64,000 bases of DNA from Bythopirellula sp. (GTDB taxonomy: Bacteria > Planctomycetota > Planctomycetia > Pirellulales > Lacipirellulaceae), in assembly GCA_965216565.1 (NCBI GenBank), contig OZ244170.1, forward strand, positions 2,688,001-2,752,000. The letters are read 5' to 3'. Both the position numbers and the translations under genes were made by a program. Below, piece by piece: positions 28,900-39,802 of this stretch (position 1 is the first letter of the stretch; every line of letters begins with the position of its first letter). The notes beneath the pieces were generated by a model. The model was not told the DNA's origin, did no database searches, and worked only from the letters and a program-made list of their open reading frames with translations.

Positions 28900-30492
28900 A
28901 TGCGACCCTTCTCGACCTCTCTCATTGCGCTGGCTATTTTCTTGTTTGCTCACACCCAGTCGGCATCTGCCACCTACACCGAACTCATTGGCTTTCCCGA
29001 GCTACAAAATCAGCTCGGCACAGACCTTCCCACCGGTGAGGGAATCACCGTCCAGCACGTGGAAGGTACCGCCGGCGGAGCCCAAACAGGCAATTACTTC
29101 CCCGACCCCAGCGAGTCGGTCAACCTGGGTAAGACCCTCAACAACATAACGTTCAACGCGGGCGTCAGCCAAGGTTCAGCCGGCATCTCCAATCATGCCC
29201 GTGGTGTTGGCTTCTATTTCTACGGCAACAGCACGTCGGTTTCGCCGGGGATCGACACGATCGATGTATTCGAAGCGAACCACTGGATGGGCTTCGAAGT
29301 CAATGGGAGCAACGCAACCACGCATAGCTCTGGATTCCTGAACACCCTGGGAGCGTCTCCCAACACCACCTCGGCCCGCATTGCCAACCATAGCTGGGTC
29401 GGCGAGTTCGGCACCTCTTCTGTCAATTCTCAAGTCGTGCGACGGTTGGACTATGTGGTGGAGCGCGACGACTTGATCAATGTCGTAGGAATTCAGAACG
29501 GTTTTGCCAACTCCGATCGTAGTTTGCTGAAGTCCGCATTCAATGACATTTCGGTGGGTGTTTCCAACGGCGACCACTACGCTTATACCTTGGAAATCGA
29601 CAACGTCTACACCGACGGTCGAGTCGCACCCGATATAGTGGCTCCCGGTTTGAATTTCTCGAACTCTGTTGTTCGCACTAGTTCAGCGACCCCGATGGTA
29701 TCGTCAGTTGCAGCTTTGCTCTTAGATACTGCGGGGGACACGGAACTTTCGAATGGCACCATCACGAATCGCACTCGTACGATCAACCATGCTGAAACCT
29801 CGGAGGTCATCAAGGCAGTGCTCATGGCAGGTGCCGATCGAAACGTTGACAATTTGAACGGCCCCGACCTGCTCGACTACTCCGTCGGCACTAGCAACAA
29901 CCTCGATCTCAACTACGGAGCGGGTCAGGTCAACGTGCTTCACAGCTATAATATTCTTTCGGCAGGCGAACACGACAGCGATCAGGATCGTGGCGGCATG
30001 GTCGACATCAGCTCACGAGGCTGGGACTACGATTCCAATTTTGGCGGGGATAATTCTACTAATGATCGAGCCTCCTACCATTTCACTGCCACCACGACTG
30101 GCGAAGTCCTTCACGCCACCTTGGCCTGGAACATCGAAGTCCAAGGATTCACCAGTTCTCCCGCCAATACCACCTTGCGCGATCTGAATCTGGTATTATA
30201 TGATGTGACGAACAGTCAGGTCGTAAGCCAGACTGGTGCCAGCTCTCTGAGCACAACTGAAAACACAGAGAACATCTTTTTCGATGGCCTGGTCGCGGGA
30301 AATCGATACGAGATCCGTGTTGAAGCCGCCAATGGGCAGACAGACTTTGATTGGGACTATGCACTGGCATGGAGAATCGAACCTTGGAACCTATACCAAG
30401 TGCCCGAACCCAACGCTGTAGGTCTGACCTTGTTGGGGATACTTACCTTCCTAGGTTCTGGGCGGTTTGTCTCGCGGAAGTGCCACAGCTAG
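28900..30492 (+). CDS. Subtilase (S8)-like secreted protein with PEP-CTERM anchor
   Basis: Signal peptide; NHARGV, NHSW, PDIVAP, TSSATPMVS, IKAVLMAGA, YGAGQVN; VPEP plus TM plus basic tail. Confidence 0.78.
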   Translation: MRPFSTSLIALAIFLFAHTQSASATYTELIGFPELQNQLGTDLPTGEGITVQHVEGTAGGAQTGNYFPDPSESVNLGKTLNNITFNAGVSQGSAGISNHARGVGFYFYGNSTSVSPGIDTIDVFEANHWMGFEVNGSNATTHSSGFLNTLGASPNTTSARIANHSWVGEFGTSSVNSQVVRRLDYVVERDDLINVVGIQNGFANSDRSLLKSAFNDISVGVSNGDHYAYTLEIDNVYTDGRVAPDIVAPGLNFSNSVVRTSSATPMVSSVAALLLDTAGDTELSNGTITNRTRTINHAETSEVIKAVLMAGADRNVDNLNGPDLLDYSVGTSNNLDLNYGAGQVNVLHSYNILSAGEHDSDQDRGGMVDISSRGWDYDSNFGGDNSTNDRASYHFTATTTGEVLHATLAWNIEVQGFTSSPANTTLRDLNLVLYDVTNSQVVSQTGASSLSTTENTENIFFDGLVAGNRYEIRVEAANGQTDFDWDYALAWRIEPWNLYQVPEPNAVGLTLLGILTFLGSGRFVSRKCHS

Positions 30493-30538
30493 CGATACCT
30501 CACCACACAAGGCAGTGTGGTGCGGAGGGCTGGGCACC

Positions 30539-31594
30539 ATGACTCGCACCAAGAAAATTCTGCTGGGCTTGTTCATCACTCTGGGCATTCTATCCGTAGG
30601 CCTTTATTTCTTAGCCAACTCTCTCATCCAGCGTTATTCCCAGCAAACGCTCGATGCGATTGCTAAGCGTGGGAAGAACCAGGGAGTTGTCATTTCTGAG
30701 CCGCAGTTTCGCAGTGCCGGCATTTCTGGCATCCGTAGTGCGAAATGGCATGGTCTCTACGCAGAGTTGCAGTTTCCCGGTAGCGAAGCCTTTGACGAAG
30801 CCAAACGGTTCGAAGTGCGGGTCGGCCAAATCGATGGTTGGCTTGCCGGTGGAGGAAACATCTCGCTACTGGCCAACGATATCGAGATTGAAATCACCCA
30901 ACCCCCGCCGGCAGATACCGATCAGCCCCAATCGTCTCCCGCCAGCCAAGAACGTGTCACCGCTAAGCGTCTGCAGTGCACCTTTCCGATGGAACTCACC
31001 AAGCCCATGCCCGGCTTGCAAGATGCGCTGGTTCAGATTGTGAAGTTAATTCGAGAGGGAGCCACTGAGCTTCCGATTCTGGCAAACGGTATCCTTGAAT
31101 TCGAGCTCAAAGGTTCGCCCGTTCAAGTAGGGTTAATGGTTGATCGAGAGCCCACAGAGAATCAGCAAGGTCATATCCTCAAGCTCAGCGTTCCAGATCT
31201 CAAATCGATTTCGGACAAGTTCGAAGAGCCACTCACCGACGCTGAGGTCGAGCTATTGGCCAACAATCCGTTGCGAGCCGCACAGTTGTTGCGCATCAAG
31301 GACGATGCCGAGTCGAACGCAGCCAGTGCCAAGTCCAACGACGATAGCGTGCCGCAGGATGCCTATCGACATGTCCTCTGGAGCTTTCTGCTAGCAAACA
31401 AGTACGGTGCAGATTTCGCCAAGGAAGTTACCGATTCTCACGAGCAGGGAGACACCGGTAATACACCAGCCGAGCGTGATATGGACTACAACAATAACGA
31501 GGTAGGCAGGGGCTATGCCGCCAAAAAAATTCGCCGAAATGATATTCTTGAAAAGATTCGATCGGACCCCGCAGTGGTCTTAGTGGCCGAATAA
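30539..31594 (+). CDS. Membrane-anchored protein with C-terminal DUF6973-like domain
   Basis: N-terminal TM; DAYRHVLWS...DSHE...MDYNNNEVGR. Confidence 0.7.
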   Translation: MTRTKKILLGLFITLGILSVGLYFLANSLIQRYSQQTLDAIAKRGKNQGVVISEPQFRSAGISGIRSAKWHGLYAELQFPGSEAFDEAKRFEVRVGQIDGWLAGGGNISLLANDIEIEITQPPPADTDQPQSSPASQERVTAKRLQCTFPMELTKPMPGLQDALVQIVKLIREGATELPILANGILEFELKGSPVQVGLMVDREPTENQQGHILKLSVPDLKSISDKFEEPLTDAEVELLANNPLRAAQLLRIKDDAESNAASAKSNDDSVPQDAYRHVLWSFLLANKYGADFAKEVTDSHEQGDTGNTPAERDMDYNNNEVGRGYAAKKIRRNDILEKIRSDPAVVLVAE

Positions 31595-31885
31595 GCTAGG
31601 CAAAATAACTGCGATTACGGGACACTGGTAAGACAACTATTAGTGATTGCAGGCGATGAGATAGTGAATCTCTACTACCCCAGCAAATCACTTTCCTCCC
31701 ACCTTACCCAAGCTCACCGAACTGCTGGTGAATCCTCAGAATCTTCTGCGATTGCTTGACAAAAACTCATATTGTCTGCCCTTGCGTTTTGTGTCACAAC
31801 GCATCTTGGAAATGTCGAGGGACATTGTTGCGTATGGAGCGCAACACTGCTTCAGGGAAATCGACTGACAAAGAAAGGTTGTGTT

Positions 31886-32065
31886 ATGGATTACGCGACC
31901 CAACCTGACGTTGATTATGCGTCCACCGAGTTTGAGATGTACGGCACGAGGAAAAGACCTCAGCGTGCGAAGAAAAGACCGTTCCGCACTCGCAAGGGTC
32001 GAAAGCCAAGCAAGCCAGCTGGACACATTGGTCAACGGTCGAACAAACGTCTAAGGCATCTCTAG
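31886..32065 (+). CDS. Small Arg/Lys-rich hypothetical protein (59 aa)
   Basis: AAAGG SD-like site before the ATG; acidic N-terminus and very basic C-terminus. Confidence 0.55.
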   Translation: MDYATQPDVDYASTEFEMYGTRKRPQRAKKRPFRTRKGRKPSKPAGHIGQRSNKRLRHL

Positions 32066-32151
32066 AACTTTTCCTTAGACACGTTAGGTACGCAGACCAA
32101 GCCTGAGTGGCAAATGTCAGCGGAGTTTCGGAGAATCCGCCTGGCGACCGC

Positions 32152-32889
32152 TCACTTTCTGGGCGTTGGTATCGCTGGCTGGGCTTTGGCATCGCCGGAC
32201 TTCTGCTCATCCGACGTGCTGCGTTTGGGGGCCGCTTGCTTTGGAGCTGGCGTCTCTACTGACTTGCGATTAGCACGTCTGCCTTCCACGTCGACAATGA
32301 AATCGCCACGTAAGAAGTTCCGCCCCAGAAGCATCGGGTATTTCATGTGAGAGCGATCCTTGAGCGTCACCAAGACCTTCTTTTTCACTTCGTAAAGCTG
32401 CAAGGTCAGTAGCACTTTGTAGCGGTGCTCCGCGTCTACCGAGGTCTGGATTAGCGAGACTTCAGCAATACGGCTCTTGAGCCATTCCGATTCGCCATCT
32501 TGATTCTTCATTCGGAAACGAATCTTCTTGCCCACATTGTCTTCCATCCGCTCCGCTTCATCTTCGATGATGTATTCCTCGATATGCAGTGAGGAAGTCG
32601 TGGCCCCGGTGTCCACTCGGGCTTTGAACAGTAGATCTGAGCGGACTTCTTCCACGGTCGCCGTGGCTCCGATCACGTGCTTGTCGCCTATTTTTGGAAC
32701 TTCGGAAGCCGGCTTAGACTCCGACTTCGCAGCGGCGCCGCTGCAGAAAGCTACTGCAGAGATCAGGCTCGCAGTAATTGAATAGCTAACTATCGACCAT
32801 CCTGGTCGCAGACGCTGAGTCATCGTTACCATCCTTGGCAAGGTCTCAATCGATACCCGTAGATCGGGCGTCTCCCACGATTGGGACAT
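32152..32889 (-). CDS. Retropepsin-like aspartic protease (RimK-associated 'ATP-dependent Zn protease' family); start uncertain
   Basis: ARVDTGATTSSL, DRSHMKYPMLLGRNFL. Confidence 0.85.
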   Translation of the reverse strand: MSQSWETPDLRVSIETLPRMVTMTQRLRPGWSIVSYSITASLISAVAFCSGAAAKSESKPASEVPKIGDKHVIGATATVEEVRSDLLFKARVDTGATTSSLHIEEYIIEDEAERMEDNVGKKIRFRMKNQDGESEWLKSRIAEVSLIQTSVDAEHRYKVLLTLQLYEVKKKVLVTLKDRSHMKYPMLLGRNFLRGDFIVDVEGRRANRKSVETPAPKQAAPKRSTSDEQKSGDAKAQPAIPTPRK

Positions 32890-33021
32890 CTATTATTCAA
32901 ACTGTCATACAAAAAAATCTTAACGGCAAGGACCCCTCTTCCCTGCTCGTCAGCCCGGAATTGAAGCTGATCTCACTGCTTCAGACAAGATCAGATCATG
33001 CTGTTGCTAGCAGCATCAGTG

Positions 33022-33315
33022 CTAGTGCGTTGCGGCCAATGAGGCGCCCCGTGGCACTTCGAACCCCGCTTCAGAAACCATATCGGCAGTCAACGGGTTC
33101 GTAATCTTGATTGAATTAATAATCTCGAAATCAATCAACAAAAACCGACCACCCAAAGCATCTGGCACAGTTCGTTCCAACAGCACAGTGTTCCCTTTCG
33201 TCCAAATATTTCTGAAGGGCATGGCCTCGTTGAGACACGATATAATGACCCCCTGCCTGGGGATACTCTCTGGCCATTCCTCGAGAAACGACTTCCAGTT
33301 TGCTGCTGAGCTCAT
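33022..33315 (-). CDS. Hypothetical protein
   Basis: WPESIPRQG, LLERTVPDALGGR; GAGG SD-like site upstream. Confidence 0.7.
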   Translation of the reverse strand: MSSAANWKSFLEEWPESIPRQGVIISCLNEAMPFRNIWTKGNTVLLERTVPDALGGRFLLIDFEIINSIKITNPLTADMVSEAGFEVPRGASLAATH

Positions 33316-33483
33316 CTTATGCCTCTTTTCGTTCTACTCAAACGCTATCATTGTCCTAGCTATCATGACGGCTGCCCAATTTGGGTTTCTCAAGGGTAGC
33401 TCGAAAAGAAACATCGCAGGTTCAAATCCGCGTCAGGATACGAGCCTGAGTCCGATTGTAGGGCTTGTTTTACCGCGAAATCG

Positions 33484-34224
33484 CTAGGCGGAACGCCTGT
33501 AAGACTGCTGGAGTTGCGGGAGGCCCTCGAAGGCCTGTCTCACAATTGCTGCGCGGCTAGGATCTGCCAAAATGGCTCTTACCTGCGCGAGCGCGAATCG
33601 CTTGCACTGCAAGCGAACCAATGGCAAGCCAATTGCAGCCAAAGCCAGTGTGCAGCCGATTGTGGCCCCGCCCGCGGCATAAGCATGAAAGGCAATCAAC
33701 CCCATACCGGCTAGCACAAAAACGAGCGTTGCCTCCATACCGATCCAAAACCATGACCAAGAGTCTAGAGCCTGATGGATCAAGTGCGGGTCGATGCCTG
33801 GCGAACGACTACTCGCAAATCGGTAAAAGGCCTGTTGCATGATGCTGTGACGCCTCGCCAACCACTCGTCATCGCTAACAGCGGGAACATCGACGTTCGA
33901 TTGCTCTGCTAGCGCAGCAATAATCACATCGATATCAAACCGCTCTCGCACGCCCAGCCAGTGGGCCAAGTGCCCATGCAACCGAAACACACGGGCCGAA
34001 AGCCCAATGACCAGTGCCGGTAATAGCGTTCCACCAGGGATAGGCAGCAAATTGCCAGACGCCGTTTCCAGCTCGAGATCGATCGATTGGAGATGCCCGT
34101 TGATGATGGGCACGTTGTCGCGCAATAGCCAAATAGCACCCAACGCTGCCACCGATGTGAACCAAAACACACGGCTAAGCATCGACTGATAATCAGTAAC
34201 TGGAGCAAGCGGACTTACAGCCAT
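33484..34224 (-). CDS. Hypothetical membrane protein
   Basis: 246-aa ORF with about 4 TM segments. Confidence 0.7.
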   Translation of the reverse strand: MAVSPLAPVTDYQSMLSRVFWFTSVAALGAIWLLRDNVPIINGHLQSIDLELETASGNLLPIPGGTLLPALVIGLSARVFRLHGHLAHWLGVRERFDIDVIIAALAEQSNVDVPAVSDDEWLARRHSIMQQAFYRFASSRSPGIDPHLIHQALDSWSWFWIGMEATLVFVLAGMGLIAFHAYAAGGATIGCTLALAAIGLPLVRLQCKRFALAQVRAILADPSRAAIVRQAFEGLPQLQQSYRRSA

Positions 34225-34347
34225 GAGAGCCGCCGGAGATTAGAGGCTTGAAACTTCAGATTCGAGCCGCGAATCTTACTGAATGCGTGTACAGCGCTGA
34301 AGGGCAATTTCCGTGCTGGCAGTGTTTTGCCCGCCCCAAGTCTTGAG

Positions 34348-35163
34348 TCATCTCTGACTTACCGTCGCTACGCTTTCACCCAGGATGTTCACCTCGAAAG
34401 AACCCCCGCTACCGGCATTGCGTGGAATGAGAATGCCAATCTGCACATCTGCCGAGCCGATGGCGGTGTGCTGGACTCGATAGGTGGTGGGCATCGTCAC
34501 CCATGCTTTAGAATCGGCATCCAGCGTAAAGTGAAGCTGCGCCGCTGGCATGCCTAGAGAACCCGTGTTACCGAGCGACGGGGTGGCCTGCACACTCATT
34601 CCATTGTCGCTGACGAACTGCCCCGCTGTTGCTGTGCCTGCCGGAATCGACAAGAGCGATGGGTTCACAAACAGGTTTCCAAATGCGGGATCGTTGGGAT
34701 CGGTCGACGGGTCATCGACCACCAAAGGATTCGTCTCGGTGCGAGGTACGAGGACGATGGCGCCGATCTCTTCTCCGTCGGAAGTGATGCGAAAGTCCCG
34801 ACGTTGCAACCGAAGGTGGAGCATTTTGTCGAGTTCAATCTTGCTGGCTAAATATCCGGCCGAAATCGATCCAGAAACCATTATGTAGTCACCGTCGCTA
34901 GCCTGACGGGTGACCACCAGCTTGGAACTGCCACCGGCACGCACCGACTGGGGCTGAGGAATCGGCAGCCCATTTTTGGCCAATGGCGAAACTCCTCCGA
35001 TCACCTCGAGTGCTTCGACTGCTCTAGTCTTCTCCACCGAAAAGTCCGCCGGCTTAACGAACCGATAGGCGTTGTAGATCATCAATCCGGCCAGAAAAAC
35101 TATTGGCGGAATCGTGGCTATGAGCAATTGGTTTACTTTACCGCGTCGCGTGTCAGTCAACAT
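34348..35163 (-). CDS. Hypothetical membrane-anchored protein
   Basis: GGGGAG SD, one N-terminal TM helix, beta-rich remainder. Confidence 0.65.
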   Translation of the reverse strand: MLTDTRRGKVNQLLIATIPPIVFLAGLMIYNAYRFVKPADFSVEKTRAVEALEVIGGVSPLAKNGLPIPQPQSVRAGGSSKLVVTRQASDGDYIMVSGSISAGYLASKIELDKMLHLRLQRRDFRITSDGEEIGAIVLVPRTETNPLVVDDPSTDPNDPAFGNLFVNPSLLSIPAGTATAGQFVSDNGMSVQATPSLGNTGSLGMPAAQLHFTLDADSKAWVTMPTTYRVQHTAIGSADVQIGILIPRNAGSGGSFEVNILGESVATVSQR

Positions 35164-35521
35164 TAAGCTCCCCCATTCCTCATCGCCTTAGGCTAACGTT
35201 GGTGAAATTGTACTATACCTTCCTGAGTAGTGAATGAAACTGTCCACCACCCCTAAAACACGGAACATCAATCAGTCGTGCATTCTAACGTTTCCTTCTA
35301 TAGGCCTAGCCCAAACTGCCCAGGAGCATGAACAACAACAAGGAACAGCACCAAGCAGCACAAAACATCGTTAGTCTGGCACGTATTTGGGCGAACCAGA
35401 CGATGGGAAATCGAAGTTTCTTGACGCAGATGGTGCCCCGGCGTTACCATAAGCAACATGCGCCACGGGGCCAGTGCCCCTGTGCTCTTTTCACCAGTCT
35501 AAGCATGCTAGGGGTAGTCTA

Positions 35522-36334
35522 ATGGGTGGCATTCGAGCCTGTTCGTGTTGTGCATTTCTCGGTACAGCGGCTTTTGTATTCTTCTCTCTCAACTTCCATA
35601 CGGACACCGCGTTCGGTATCGTTTCGGTTTCGAATTCACTGAGCGCTAGAGCTGAAGTTGTGGCCGATGGTCTCGGAAATCCCCCTGTCATCGACACCCT
35701 AGGCGACCCCGTCTCTGCTTCCGATTCACTCACCAACGATGGTGTAACATCCACGGCCAGCGCCGAGGCAACCTATGGCATCCTCAAGGCAAGTGCCGAG
35801 ATTTCCAAAGGCTCCGCCATCGAGCCTTTTAACTTCGCTACTGGTACCGCCGAATTCGACGACACCCTGACCATCACCGGCGGGGCAGGTAGTGCGGACA
35901 TTAGCTTCGCATTTCAGCTCGATGGGGTGCTACAGGATATCAATGCCGCTGAGTCGCGAGCACGAGTCGAATTCAACGTCTTCTTGCCTCAGACTTTCCA
36001 AAGCTATAATCAAACTTTCATGGTCGAGTCGGGGAATTCTCGTACGCTGAATGAGCTGCTTGTCACACCCGATTTCACGTTTGATTACGGCGTACCCTTT
36101 ATCGTCCAAGTTGATCTCATTGCCAGCGTTAGCCTGGAAGAAACCGACGACGGCACGGCATCGTCCTTATTCGACAACACCGCGATCTTTACTGGTCTGA
36201 CTGTCTCCAGCGGAGGCGTGCCTGTCTCCGGTGCGACCGTATCGGCTAGTTCGGGGACTAATTACCCGGTGCCCGAACCCGCTAGTAGCCTGTTACTACT
36301 TATCGGCTTCGCAGCATTCTCCCGCCGCCGCTAG
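35522..36334 (+). CDS. PEP-CTERM sorting domain protein
   Basis: Signal-like N-terminus; Ser/Thr/Gly-rich; C-terminal VPEPASSLLLLIGFAAFSRRR. Confidence 0.85.
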   Translation: MGGIRACSCCAFLGTAAFVFFSLNFHTDTAFGIVSVSNSLSARAEVVADGLGNPPVIDTLGDPVSASDSLTNDGVTSTASAEATYGILKASAEISKGSAIEPFNFATGTAEFDDTLTITGGAGSADISFAFQLDGVLQDINAAESRARVEFNVFLPQTFQSYNQTFMVESGNSRTLNELLVTPDFTFDYGVPFIVQVDLIASVSLEETDDGTASSLFDNTAIFTGLTVSSGGVPVSGATVSASSGTNYPVPEPASSLLLLIGFAAFSRRR

Positions 36335-36376
36335 GGGCAACCTGCCACGCTGCAATTTATTCGGCTCATGACGAAA

Positions 36377-37249
36377 CTATTCTGCTTTGCCCTGCATGAG
36401 CAGCGGGTGGAATCGACCGCCCATTGGTTGACCAACTGCAATTGCATCGGTGCCTTCTAGCAGCGGTTCGGCTTCCGCAGCGACTGTGCCGTCGAGAAAC
36501 ACATTCAGCACTATGGCCCGGCGTGGACGTTCGCTACGATTTTCGTAGCTACCATGAAGCATCAGCGGATGGTGAAAACTCGCCTCGCCCGCCTTCATCT
36601 CGCACGGTACCGGCTGAAACTCCGCCAGTTGTTCGTCGTTAAGCACGTCGCGAATAGCCTCCATGTTATTAGCCAAATCGGTGCGTTCCAACAGTGGCCA
36701 ACGGTGCGATCCCGGCACATAGTTCACGCAACCATTCTCAGTCGTCGAATCGTCCAAGCCAATCCAACAGGTAAGATGCTGCATCGGCGTCGTTCGTGTC
36801 CAATAGCTATAGTCTTGGTGCCAGGCAACAACTCCGCCATGCTGCGCTGGTTTGCAAAACAATTGGTCGTGCCAAAACCGGACGCTGCCGCCGAGCAACT
36901 GGCTTGCTGGTACGGTAAAGGCCGGATGCCAAAGGATGTCGTGCATCGCGGGCCGCAGACGCCATGCGCCCAATGCGTGGAACAACACATTGTCTGCATC
37001 ATTCGATTCGTTGCAGTGGTACTCGTACCACAATTCCTTGCCCGAATGGTCGGCCTCAAAAAACTCTGCCAGCTCTTCGCGAAGGACTTCGATTTGCTCG
37101 GCATCTAGAATTGGAACACCGGCAAGAAAGCCTTGCTCGTGAAACCGAGCAACCAATTCGTCAGACAGTCGAAAATTGTCGCTACTGTCCCCGTCCTTAG
37201 GAAAGATCTCAGATACCGGATGATGCTCGTGCGAAAGATCGGTGGCCAT
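36377..37249 (-). CDS. Phytanoyl-CoA dioxygenase (PhyH) family Fe(II)/2-oxoglutarate oxygenase
   Basis: WHQDYSYW, ENGCVNYVPGSH, HGSYENRSERPRR. Confidence 0.92.
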   Translation of the reverse strand: MATDLSHEHHPVSEIFPKDGDSSDNFRLSDELVARFHEQGFLAGVPILDAEQIEVLREELAEFFEADHSGKELWYEYHCNESNDADNVLFHALGAWRLRPAMHDILWHPAFTVPASQLLGGSVRFWHDQLFCKPAQHGGVVAWHQDYSYWTRTTPMQHLTCWIGLDDSTTENGCVNYVPGSHRWPLLERTDLANNMEAIRDVLNDEQLAEFQPVPCEMKAGEASFHHPLMLHGSYENRSERPRRAIVLNVFLDGTVAAEAEPLLEGTDAIAVGQPMGGRFHPLLMQGKAE

Positions 37250-37406
37250 GGTTAGTCTTAGACCAAGTTCGAGGAGTTGAAGATGCAGCCGTACGCTGCG
37301 ATTATCTCAGGAGGCTAACTAGATTTCCAGCCTCTGGAATAGTCCTCATAATCCCCAACATCGAGATTTCACTCCTTCCTCGGATAAGGAAAGAGAACAG
37401 TCCGAA

Positions 37407-38549
37407 TCACGCACACATCTTACGCACCGGTCGGACTAGCATCCCCATAGCACCAAGACCAATGAGTAATGCGACGCTGGTTGGCTCAGGAACGGCGGCA
37501 GCGCTTGCGGATAACGGTGCCGAGTTTCCAGTGTGTTGCTGCTGCCAAAGTAAAAAGTCGAGGCCACTAGACTCGAGATCGCCGTCGGCATCGCCACCTG
37601 CGGTGGAATTGTACGCAGCATTCCACGCGCTTAGGTCCGCGGCATCGACGTCGTGGTCACCATCAAAATCGGCTGAGAATGGCGAGGTATTGATGAACTG
37701 CGTGGAGACAACGAAATCATCGTAATAGGCAAATTCGTCTTTCGTGGTCTCCCATTGCGAGCTGCTTCCACCAAAAAACGTGCTGAAGTAGAGCGTATCG
37801 ATCTTCAATGCAGAGGTGGTCCGAAAGCGGATATCCTGCCTGTCGAGCACCATCTCGCCATCTAGCCAGGCCTGAATGATACCGTCCGACGAACCGGGGG
37901 TGTTCATCACAATGCGATGTTGAAGCTGATACCACACATCGGAATCAAAACTCTTCCAATCGGTGGGGGTCGTGTCGTCCCACCTCATATCTTCTGCAAA
38001 CGTACCCGGCTGATCTGGATAGTACAGATATTGAACGATGTTTGCCTTATCGCCGTTGGTAGGCGAACCGCTCGAACCATTGGTGCGCCACATCATCCGC
38101 GCAGACCACCCGTCGGTCCCGTCGGGGGGATCGCCGCCCGAATTACATTCACCCCCGCACAACCCCGGCAACTTACCGCCACGGACGAAATCGAAGTTAT
38201 CGTCGAAGCGAATCTTATAACTGAAATAAAGTTCGTCGTACGATCCGCCCAGCGGTGCCTTCCACTGCGACTTACCCGTATTCGACAAGCCATCGGGATA
38301 CTTCACCACTAGCGACTTGTTGCCGACCGTGTTGGAGTCGTCCACAATCGAAACTCGACCTTCGTCGACGCCATCGTTGGAGGTGACCCCCCAGTCTGCC
38401 GAGAGATTGGAAACGGTGTAGGTCCCCACCGGATCATCCTCAAAATCGTTCTGGTAAATGATCTGCGCGCTGGCCGATGACAAACAAACCAAGGTCAGCC
38501 CCCAAGCAAAAACTAGAACTTCTCTACGAAGGAAGCGGGGATCGGTCAT
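37407..38549 (-). CDS. PL14-like polysaccharide lyase with dockerin-like repeat and PEP-CTERM
   Basis: FDFVRGGKLPGL, GWSARMMWR, FSTFFGGS; DFDGDHDVDAADL...GDADGD...DFLLWQ; VPEP tail. Confidence 0.85.
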   Translation of the reverse strand: MTDPRFLRREVLVFAWGLTLVCLSSASAQIIYQNDFEDDPVGTYTVSNLSADWGVTSNDGVDEGRVSIVDDSNTVGNKSLVVKYPDGLSNTGKSQWKAPLGGSYDELYFSYKIRFDDNFDFVRGGKLPGLCGGECNSGGDPPDGTDGWSARMMWRTNGSSGSPTNGDKANIVQYLYYPDQPGTFAEDMRWDDTTPTDWKSFDSDVWYQLQHRIVMNTPGSSDGIIQAWLDGEMVLDRQDIRFRTTSALKIDTLYFSTFFGGSSSQWETTKDEFAYYDDFVVSTQFINTSPFSADFDGDHDVDAADLSAWNAAYNSTAGGDADGDLESSGLDFLLWQQQHTGNSAPLSASAAAVPEPTSVALLIGLGAMGMLVRPVRKMCA

Positions 38550-38743
38550 AGATTCCTCAATAATTCTGATCCGCAGGACGCCGGCGAGTTGGCGTCGCTG
38601 AGTGACAAGCATACGAACTTGCCGAGCCCGACTGCATTCGGGCCCGACTTCGATACAACTATTCTAGCAGGGAATTGCAAATCAGGACCTCCAAGTATCC
38701 GGAAGAAAGTTCTGATTTTTGGCTCTCGGATCTCACCTCTCCA

Positions 38744-39214
38744 CTATCGAATCCACCACTTACGGTTGTCTCTCTGCCGTTCTTCGAGAATCCCTACGTA
38801 GGTCAGGATTATTACAATGATTGCCGTCCCCCCCAGTGACCAGAGGAAGAACTCCACCCCATAGAAATTCTGTTCACCCTGCAATCGATACGCGAAGATG
38901 GAGTCGTCATAGTATTCCACCTCGAACTTACTGTTCTTGGGATAGAGCTTTGATTCTAATTCATCCACGGTCAAGAAACCTTCTTGTGTGGTACCTGTGT
39001 TGACGTTGTGGAACTCGAAGGTGACGCGAAAGTCGTTTTGTTGATTGCCCCAAGGGCTAAGCTCGGGACGAACCGTGACGACGCGGGCTGTTCCCGTTTC
39101 TCCCCACAGATAGTAGAACAGCTCGTCCGACGACTTGTAACAGGACACAGCAAACATCAACCCCAACCACCAACAGAAACAAATGCCCTGCTTGGTCCAA
39201 ACAAAGTCTTCCAA
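38744..39214 (-). CDS. Hypothetical membrane protein (two TM helices flanking a beta domain); start uncertain
   Basis: TM, GTARVVTV...EVEY, TM architecture. Confidence 0.55.
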   Translation of the reverse strand: MEDFVWTKQGICFCWWLGLMFAVSCYKSSDELFYYLWGETGTARVVTVRPELSPWGNQQNDFRVTFEFHNVNTGTTQEGFLTVDELESKLYPKNSKFEVEYYDDSIFAYRLQGEQNFYGVEFFLWSLGGTAIIVIILTYVGILEERQRDNRKWWIR

Positions 39215-39802
39215 AATCTTTCCGCACTGTCTGGTACGATCCAGCGATCTGCCCTTTCTAGGGGTGTAAGAATAGCCAACCGAAACTGATGGTTATTCGC
39301 CCGGGCAGGACGAATCTTGCTGACAATCGGTTAGGATTGTCTCTCGCAGAGGCGCAAAGACGCAGAGTGCTATGGCGTTGCCTTATCGTAATGCGCTTAC
39401 CCTATAAGAATGCGCTTACTGGAGGGGTCACCTAGAGTGATGCACAACTCCCGAATATTGTATAGCACAGCAATTTTCGCCGACATACTAAGCGCTCTCA
39501 GGAGCGGTCTGTCGGCCACATTCTCTCGACACTGGTCTCTAGACTCTTGTCTTCATAGATGTCAAAGAGCGATCGGACAACACGGAGCTATAAACAATTA
39601 TCTACAAGCCGATCGAGGAGATCAGCGACGTTTCTGGGCCGCCGTCTTTGTTCAAGTTGTTGCTGTTCTCCTTATCCATGAACGACTCCAATTTGCTTGT
39701 GGTAAGACAGGAATCGATATCCCTACATTATCAATGCTCAGGCAGGATTAAAGGTGTCAACGCCGCGAAGGTCGAACTCACTACATCAACTATACATCGG
39801 TA

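Noticed and set aside
39410..39751. 113-aa ORF in a gene-poor stretch
   Set aside because: No recognisable motif or SD; it may be decayed sequence and cannot be supported
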